From assembly GCF_009914755.1 (NCBI RefSeq), contig NC_060926.1: a stretch of DNA of 64,000 nucleotides; one strand, 5' to 3'. Shown in pieces: positions 55,300 through 64,000 of this stretch. Within the stretch, counting starts at the first letter, position 1; every line of letters starts with the position of its first letter. The notes beneath the pieces are model-generated. The model was not told where the DNA came from. It ran no database searches and was given only the letters and a program-made list of their open reading frames with translations. This DNA is from the human T2T-CHM13v2.0 reference genome, Homo sapiens. The translations under genes and the position numbers were made by a program.

Positions 55300-56190
55300 C
55301 TTTCTTTCTTCTGCATTTTCTCCCCAGGTGATTCTACCCATCCCTATGGCTTTTATTATCATCGATATGCTGACAGCACTCAAATTTGTATCTTCAGCCC
55401 ACAGTTTTTCACAGAGCCCTAGTCACACACCCAAGAGTTCTCCTTAGCTCTTCTTTGCTCAGATCTGCCACTTTCCAACTCTGCTGCTAAAGTCCTGGTT
55501 CCAAACACAAGTCCTCTCTCATCATGATCAGTACAGTCACCAAATTATCCACCAATCCCATTCTTACTCACTACCTATACATTCTCTATTCGGCAACCAG
55601 AGTGATCATTGAAAACAATGCATAATTTGATCATGTCATTCTCTTAAGAATCTGCAAATGATTTTCATTGCATTTGAGGATGAAATTAACACTCCTAACC
55701 ATGTCCTGATTTGTACCTTGCTGTAATCACCTAATGCTGGTGGCCCTTCAATCACAATGCTCAAGGCTCAGAGCCCTTCTTTCAGTTTCTTGGACATACT
55801 GAGTTCTCTCTGGCCTCAGGATTTTTGTGCATGCTGCTCTCTCTGCATGGGCGGATGCTGCCCTTCTACTGCTGTGACTGGCTCCCTTACATCTTTCGGC
55901 TACCATGTATCATTCTCCCGACCTCACAGAGACCTTTTCTGACCACTCTTTTTTTTTAAAGTACATGCCTCCTGCCCCACCTTTTATATGTTCTCTGTGT
56001 TTCTTTCAGAACACTTGTTACTATTTGTAATTGTATTAATGTGTATTTGTGTGTGTGAATTTTCTCTGACTCCTCCAATAAGCAGGAAGTCTCATGTAGA
56101 TAGAAATGATGCTAGTCTAATTCATACATTTATCTCCAGTACCTTTGACACAGGAAGTGTTTGATAAATATTTGTTGAACGATTAAATAA
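55300..56190 (+). mobile_element. L2 3' region
   Basis: caaccagagtgatc...tgatcatgtcattctc...ataaatatttgttgaacgattaaat terminus. Confidence 0.75.
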
Positions 56191-56817
56191 ACCATTCTCT
56201 TTCAAAAAATGCAACTTGTGTATTCTCTTTTAGTCTGCCTCGTTTTCTTCTAAAGTTAGCTAGTAGTAAAATGTAATTGTATGTTGCAGTATTTGTTTTA
56301 CGAAGATGTTGACAATCAACAATTGTTTATTGTGCATTTTAAAAGATAAATATATTTATTAGCTTTTAAAAAGTGTGTATGAATGTTTTAATACTCAGCG
56401 ACCTCACTAAGCAATGAAATGTGTTTTTGTATGTTGAAATGTGTAATATTTTATCTTCATAATAAAAGGCATAGTATAAATACATTTCTTATATATTGCA
56501 TATGCATGTGTCCACATAGACAAAATTAATGAGTCTTTTCACATTGTCTATAAATAATCTCTATATTTTCTTTAAAAATTAGTTTTGCTTGACCTCTTGT
56601 TGAATGAAACCTTCATTTTTAATTATTACTGTTCAAAGGAATTTATGAACCTTAAATATGATGTTAGACAAAATTATCATCATTAAAGTTTCTCAACCAT
56701 TATGAACTTTCTGTTATTCCAACTGGCACTGGAATACAGGGACAATATATATTCATTATCACTTTTGTGCCACTTAGTTCATTAGTTAAATAAATCTTCC
56801 CTTGACTACCTCTTGAC

Positions 56818-56978
56818 CATGGTTTCCAGATTTAACAAATACAAATTCAAGACCCGCAGGTAAATTTGAATGTCAGATAAATAATAAGCCAATGTGTTGT
56901 ATAATTACATTCTATGCAATATTTGAAACATACTTATACTAAAATAAATTGTTATTGTAGTTTCATCTCTGAAACCAT
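56818..56978. mobile_element. MER53
   Basis: ccagatttaacaaatacaaattcaag...aaatttgaatgtcagataaa...atgcaatatttgaaacatacttatactaaaa. Confidence 0.8.
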
Positions 56979-57021
56979 ATATTGCTAATTTGTAAATTCT
57001 GGAGAATTCACATTCTTCTTT

Positions 57022-57323
<302 letters not shown>

Positions 57324-57489
57324 CACATTCTTCTTTAAGATTTTTCCTCATTTGTCTTTCTTTTTGTTTCCTTTCTTGTCACTCCTACCTTGATTTCCAC
57401 TCTCAATCCAGAAAGAAGTTCTTTCAATCTCTAAAACCCTGGGTCTCTCATTTCACAAGTGTATGAAAATTTTCTCCTATTTCATTTCC

Positions 57490-57790
57490 TTTGTATTGGC
57501 CAGCACCCATGCATCCTTTTGTTCTTATGTTAGATGCTGCCTTCTGATTTTTTGACACCCACACAACTGGGCGTGGTCTCTGCTCTGCTCTCAGACCTTG
57601 TGCACCTTCCCTGTTATCTCACAGTGTTTTGATTCCTGATTTGAAATGTGCATGTATGTGCATGTTTTAGTATGCATGCATACTTGTATGTGTTACATTT
57701 ATTACCCATAAGACCATAAATTTTCTGAATATTTCTGCCTCGGAATGGCATATAATAGTGATTTAGTAAATTTCTGTTGAATGACTAGAA
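57490..57790 (+). mobile_element. L2 3' fragment
   Basis: tggcatataatagtgatttagtaaatttctgttgaatgact terminus. Confidence 0.5.
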
Positions 57791-58989
57791 GAATGATTTC
57801 TTTGCTGACACATGAAAGTGCCCTCCTCTGAGAAATGGGACTGTCTCTTGTTTCCCAGTCTCTCTGTCTTCACTAAGGCAAGACACCAAGTTAAGTAGAG
57901 CTAAGATACAGTTCTGGAGCAATAGAAAATTATACTATCTTTTAAAAATATTTTTAAACATTAATGGGCTTAGCAGAATGTCATTTTAACTGTTCAGTCT
58001 TTTTATTAGTAATTTTGTGCTTTATAATTTTAAGAGTATTGATTATCTTGAATAATGTTGCCATATTATTATCTGGGCTTAGAAAAAGGAAAGAGTAGGA
58101 AACACACTTTATTTTTTATTTTTAGAATCTCCTGGAACATGTTAGTTAAATTTAAAAATGTAAAGAAGTATCAACTACTTGAATATGATGTTATTACCAA
58201 ATGTAGCTGTTATTGTAAATGTACTATGGAGCCCTGTGGTAATGGCTGAAATGGTAATTTCATTCTAAACTGTAGTTTTCAATGGCTTATTTAACACGAA
58301 CTCCCAGTTTACACTGTTGACTGAAACTTCTCAAGCTTGTTTTTATCCCCGAGGGGAATTTTATAGAGATGACACAAAAATCTCTTTTGCAGACTTTTTC
58401 AAGCACAGTAAAAATGATTTTCCTTTAACTATTAAAAATTTCAGGATATTTTAGTGACTTTTGCATTTTTTAAAAATGGTTTCCAAACTTTTTTCTTCAT
58501 ATGGGCTTCTTTCCCAGAAAAAAACAGGCTCTGTAATTTAATAAAGTTTCAAAAATGTAAAATCATTAAACATTATAGAAAATCAATGTTTTAATTGTAG
58601 AAAATGATTTCTTAGTGTGGCTCCTATCAGACCACTTTGGTAGATTAATATTAAAGTTGCCAAATTTATTTTCTTTTGTGAACTTCTTTGCATTAATAGA
58701 TAATCAGTTTATTAATAGCAGAATTTGTGATTGACTTTGATGTCATGGGACTCTTTTTAGTATTTTCATGTGCATTTTTGTCTTTGTTCTATTCATTATT
58801 AGATTTTTACTGTTCTTTTAGATATCCATATACCACGTTCATCTGTTCATTGTAGTTCGTGTGTGCTTTCTGGAATTGTCATCATTATTCAGAATCTCAT
58901 AGATGTTTAACCACACAAATACGGATGGTGCTTGATAAGTGCTGACACAGGAGATTTTCAGACGTTACTTCAAATTCTTTTTGCATTGA

Positions 58990-59310
58990 GACTGAGCTAG
59001 GTTGCAAAGTGGCTAAGGAATGTATATGCTAAGATCTGGCTGGAAAGTTGATAACTTCAGGAGTAAGAAATACTTGATAATAGAATAAGAAACTTAGTGG
59101 CTTACATAAGAGGGGTTTGTTTTGCTCACTTTAGCTTAGGTCGGTTGAGCATCTGAGCAGAGTACATCTCCAGTTCACCTGTCTTCTCCTGGAGACAGAA
59201 TGGCCACCTCTCAAGCATGGTGTCCTCTTACAGAAACCTCCAGAGATGGAAGAAAGGGCCAAGACCTTGGCTTCTAAGTCTCCTTTTTTTTAAGATCAGG
59301 AAGGAACCTC
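58990..59310 (-). mobile_element. Old MaLR (MLT1) LTR fragment
   Basis: aaacttagtggcttacataagaggggtttgttttgctcac. Confidence 0.4.
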
Positions 59311-60271
59311 AAGAAGGAGTCTGAAAGAAGAAGCAAAAATACTTAAAGATCAACAAGGTCACTCTTCCACTTCTTTGCCATGCAAACCCTAAAGCTGGGT
59401 TCTTCAAAGTCATCGCTTGGATGACCAGAACTAACTTTGGTAAAATTTAATATCTGAAATTTCTTTTAAAGATAAACTAGCCATCTCTTCTATATCTGAT
59501 TTACAATAGAGCAGCGCAAAATGTAGTAACTGGTGGCAGCCTTCATGTTTGAGAGTAGTCCCTCTTGGGCCGTCATGAAGGTTAACTTTTTGTGTGCTTG
59601 CAGGAGATCATTAAAGCAAGAGCAATCAGTGTTTTCTTTTGTTTTTGGTTGGTTGTTTGGTTTTCTGGTGTGTCTTTGTATTCATATTCAGAGAGATATA
59701 TAGACTTGTATTTCAAAGGAATATCCAATAGGTTGCTTTTACCTGGAGGGTTCTTTTTTGCTCTTTAGCATGTATTTGGAGTTCTTTTGAATAAATGGTC
59801 CTCCAGTTTAAACTCATTGGGAGTTTATTGAATTGTTTTTAAGTAAATGAAAAATCTGTATTTTTATACCTAACACAATCTGGTAGGAATGGGTTAAGTC
59901 CAAAAACTTTATGATGGGAAGGCATACAAAAGGTAAATCCTCAAAATAGAATTATAGTTCACCATTGAAGTCATATTATTCTGTAACATGAAAATGAATT
60001 ATATCTTTGTATGCTAATAGCAGGTTCTTTTATTACTAGCTATTCATGTAGAAGCATAATCAATCCTAGCATACTGAGTGGTTACTAGATATTGAGTTAT
60101 TTCCAGAAGACATTTATTAATGTATTCAGGTTTGCACAGCAAATTAAGTACATCTATGAAAACTATAGAAAGGGGTGATTAAACTTTAATGCATGGTTTG
60201 TAGTATTTTAATTAATCATACATTATTCTGAAGTCCTATACCAACTGAAATTCATACTAGTAAAAACTTGA

Positions 60272-60582
<311 letters not shown>

Positions 60583-61688
60583 AAAAACTTGAACAACTTT
60601 CTCTTCTCTGTCATTTTGGAAAATCATGGAATTTCTTTCCTCATTTATTTCTAGCCAGGTGGATTTTTTGTGATTTAAGATATTTAAATGAATGTATGAG
60701 CTAATTCATTTCCCTCACATCTTTTAAAACTCTGTTAGTTTTTTTTAACACTTACTACCTTTTGCATTTATACATCTACATCAGTGAATGATAGTATTAA
60801 GTTTCTCATTAATGTTCAGCATGGCTTTAAATCCAGGTTGTAAGGAATAAGAACCACCTCCTTGAATATTCCTTTCTTTTCTCAAGATAGTATTCTACTT
60901 ACTTTTCTCATAAAGAAATGCACCTCTTGGACACAGTGAGTCACTATTTATATAACTCTTTCCACAATTTCACTTTCTAGTAAAAAAAACTTAAACTTTT
61001 GATGTTAAAAATAACACAGTGTCACCAAGTTAAGTGAGCAAAAAATACCTGCTGTTTCAGAATGCAGATGCAGCCACAATCTGTAAATTGTGGGTTTATT
61101 TTTAGAACATAAGACATAGCAGCTTGGTTGCTATGCTGTTCTCAATTTGTAAATACTCTATATTGTGTGATCATTTAAACCAAAAGTTTCCAATCAAACA
61201 GAGGAACACATTCCTTATTCTAATCATAAGGAATAAATAATCACATGCAGTTTGGGAGAAAGGTGGATGTAGTTTTTGCAAGTCTCACCTTCAACCACTG
61301 TGTGCTAATCCCAGCAGGCTGGGTGAGGTGTGTAGATGGTATCTCACGTGGAGATCTTGCAGGGTAAACCTTAAGATCTACTGACAAATACTGATTCCAG
61401 TTGGAAGCATTAGTACATTTTGAAATATTTAATAATTTTAACTTTTCTTAGATATGCCCCACTTGGGGACTATCTTTAAGGGCCATGAAACCGGTATGAT
61501 AGTAATTCTTAAGATTTTTAAATGAAGAAAAGCAGGAGAAATGTTGGTAATAGGATCAGTCAAATATCTGCTAGTTGAAACCACCAGATGCAAATGTTTT
61601 AAGTTTCTTCCCACTGCTACTTTCCACTCTAATATAGCTTGTTGAAAGAAAATAAAATTTGATCATGCGGGCTAGTCAGGTCTCTTAA

Positions 61689-62850
61689 AGTTACGAGACC
61701 TCTGGGGTGTCGATTTTTCTGGCTGGAAACCTCTGTGGCCAAAACACCTTTGCCCGAGTTCTTGTCCTGCATACAGGAAGAATGAGGTGCGCAGACAATT
61801 GAAGGGTGAAGAAGAGGTTTATTTAGTGTTAGACGAGCTCAGAGGAGTGGGCAGCTCCGCTCTATAGGCAGATTGTCCAGTCGAGTGTTCAGCTCTTAGC
61901 AGAGAGAAGGCCCTGGAGAGGGTGGCTGCTGACTGCAGGCAAGTCATTTGGATGTCTCTGCAGGTCTCTGAAGTTCTCAGCAGAGAAGGTAGCTCCTCTC
62001 TGCTGGCAGGTCGTCTCTGCAGCTCTCAGTGAAGAGGGTGCTCCTCTCTGCAGCTGGTCAAGGATGGTCCTGTCATCTCTCTGTCCTCTTTGTCCTCTGG
62101 CCATGCTCTGCCCTGTTCTGGCTGAGCCCAGGGCTTTTATTGACCGCAGAGGGGAGGAAGTGCATGCCCATTGGTCCATGGGCGGCCAGCAAGAGGCACC
62201 AGAAGTCTCCACTCCTGTCAGTGGGACTGGCAGCCCAGCCCCCAGCCATTCCGTGGCCTGTGGGTGGGGCCTTACTGGGGACCCCAACCCCACTCCAAGA
62301 TCAGAGCAGACGCTGGGAGGAGAGAGGCCAGGCTGTGGGAGCAGACAACTCTGAGCCTGCAGGAACAGGGTTGGGGGATACTTCCTGGGGCCCCCGAGGG
62401 TGCAGGCTGCAGAGATGCCCCAGTCCTGTGCCTGGGAGGGCAGCCACAGCTGCACCCGGGAGCTCACGCCCTGCCAACTTGGAAGAGGCAGGGCCCACAC
62501 TTGTCCCGGCTCCTAGTTGCTTCCTGGAGTGGGAAGCCCAGGTCTGCAGCCGGGTGTCCAGCAGCTGCGGCTGCACATGGAAGGGCAGATCCTGCCCATT
62601 CCTCACTCCCTACAAGAGCACAGGGAGGCTCGATCCATAGCTACAGTTTAGGGAGCTGTAGCCCCGCCCTCCTGGGTAGGGCTCCTGACTGCTCCGTGGA
62701 ACAAAAGACCTGGGTCTGCAGTTGCGATTTGGGTGGCTGCAGCGGCAGGGGGAGCTCCCGTCCGGACTCAGAAGACTGACTCCATGGAGTGTGCAGACCC
62801 AGGGCGCTTCCGTGCTGCAGCCAGCATGATGGCAGCAGCCACTGCCATTA
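61689..62850 (-). mobile_element. ERV1 solo LTR, MER52 family
   Basis: gttacgagacctctggggtgtcgatttttctggctggaaacctctgtggcc and ctgcagccagcatgatggcagc match recalled MER52 ends. GC-rich; 4-bp TSD ttaa at 61685-61688 and 62851-62854. Confidence 0.88.
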
Positions 62851-64000
62851 TTAACAGGCTGAAATAAATGAAGAAATAAATATAATAATAATTGTGGTTT
62901 ACCAGTTTGGGTGCCTTATTTCTCCTACTTGTGAGTTCTTTAGTGGATTTTCTTCTATATCTCCATAATTTTAATTTTTTAAAAACCTAATACTTAGTTT
63001 TTGGCAAAAACCAATATATCATCACAGTGGTTCTGGATAATTTGAGTTTGGTTCATTGAAGCTGAGTTTTGTGATTAACGCTTTTGCTCTGGATCACGTG
63101 TTTAACTCTATCATGTTCTGTTTGCTTACATTTTGGAGGTTTATTTCGATTTCAAGATATTTCATTTTGGTTTACCGCCTTGCTTTGTAGTTCATGTTTC
63201 CTTTTCTTCACTCAAAATCAAGACTGTAAAGAAGTTTTCTCACAAGTCATGGACCGATATTTTAAAAATCATCGCAATAAATAAAAGGCTGAAAATTGGA
63301 ATATGTGTAAGGTGAAATCTTTCTTCCTCACACCTCTAAGAAGCAAGAATGCGACTGTTAACTGCCTACAGCACAGACAGGAACAGTGAATGCACGGCGC
63401 TGTCATGAGCACGTGAATGAGATTGGCACTTCGAGAGAAGCAGGCCTGTGCACTGGATCCTTGGGGAAAGGATGTTGTTGCCTGGCTGATGACCTCTTCT
63501 TACACTATATCTAATGTGTTAAAATGTTACAAGGAGAAAGAAATGCTACAGTAAGCCAAGGCTGGATCACACTGTGGGGCATTTTGACTAGCTCCAGCTC
63601 CGCATAGCTCAGATAAGTGATCGCATTAGAGCATAGAATGGATGCTTTCATGCTAGTACCACCTTCAAGTTCCTGAGTACTTTTTCCCCAATACCCTCTG
63701 CCTCTCAAGCCTGCCTATGCACTTGTCTGTTTTGAAAAATGTGTAAAAAGATGGCAAGAAGCTCTTATCAATAAAGCACATAGTTTTGACCTAGATACTT
63801 TCATATGAGAAGGAAAAAAAAGATAAGGCAAAATTCAGAAGAAAGCAGGGAATCAAGACTAAGGCTTGAACATGTATCTTTTGAAAAGGAATGGATTTCT
63901 CAATGGATTCCTTTTTAAGTGCCAGAAGAAACAATGAGAAACAAATGACATAATGCCTGGGAACCTCTTACTGCTCGGCAAATAGTAAATGCTTAATGCA

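Noticed and set aside
61889-62779. Three overlapping ORFs of 202-203 aa
   Set aside because: All lie within a GC-rich MER52 LTR where stops are rare. They occur on both strands with no recognisable domain.

Overview
Human genomic DNA; a human-specific AluYb8 at 60272 supports the species call. The window lies inside the very large neuronal gene CTNNA2 (alpha-N-catenin), transcribed on the + strand. Only one coding exon is visible: the 107-nt start-codon exon at 43865-43971, encoding MTSATSPIILKWDPKSLEIRTLTVERLLEPLVTQ. The ORF track missed it because it is shorter than 60 aa. The rest is intron, about half of it recognisable transposon relics: old L1M, L2, MIR, 14 Alu/FLAM copies, MaLR/ERV LTRs and hAT elements. 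The annotated hairpin MIR4264 lies antisense about 2.2 kb upstream of the exon. None of the listed long ORFs looks like a real protein. I find no convincing new multi-gene system. The most interesting items are: a candidate 5'UTR cassette exon whose uORF stop would overlap the CTNNA2 ATG; a twin-primed (5'-inverted) L1PA2 and a two-LTR MaLR provirus closely flanking the start exon; a tight +/-/+ Alu cluster; a near-perfect 66-bp tandem duplication; and young Alu insertions. Repeat subfamily names come from recalled consensus sequences, and boundaries of old repeats are approximate.
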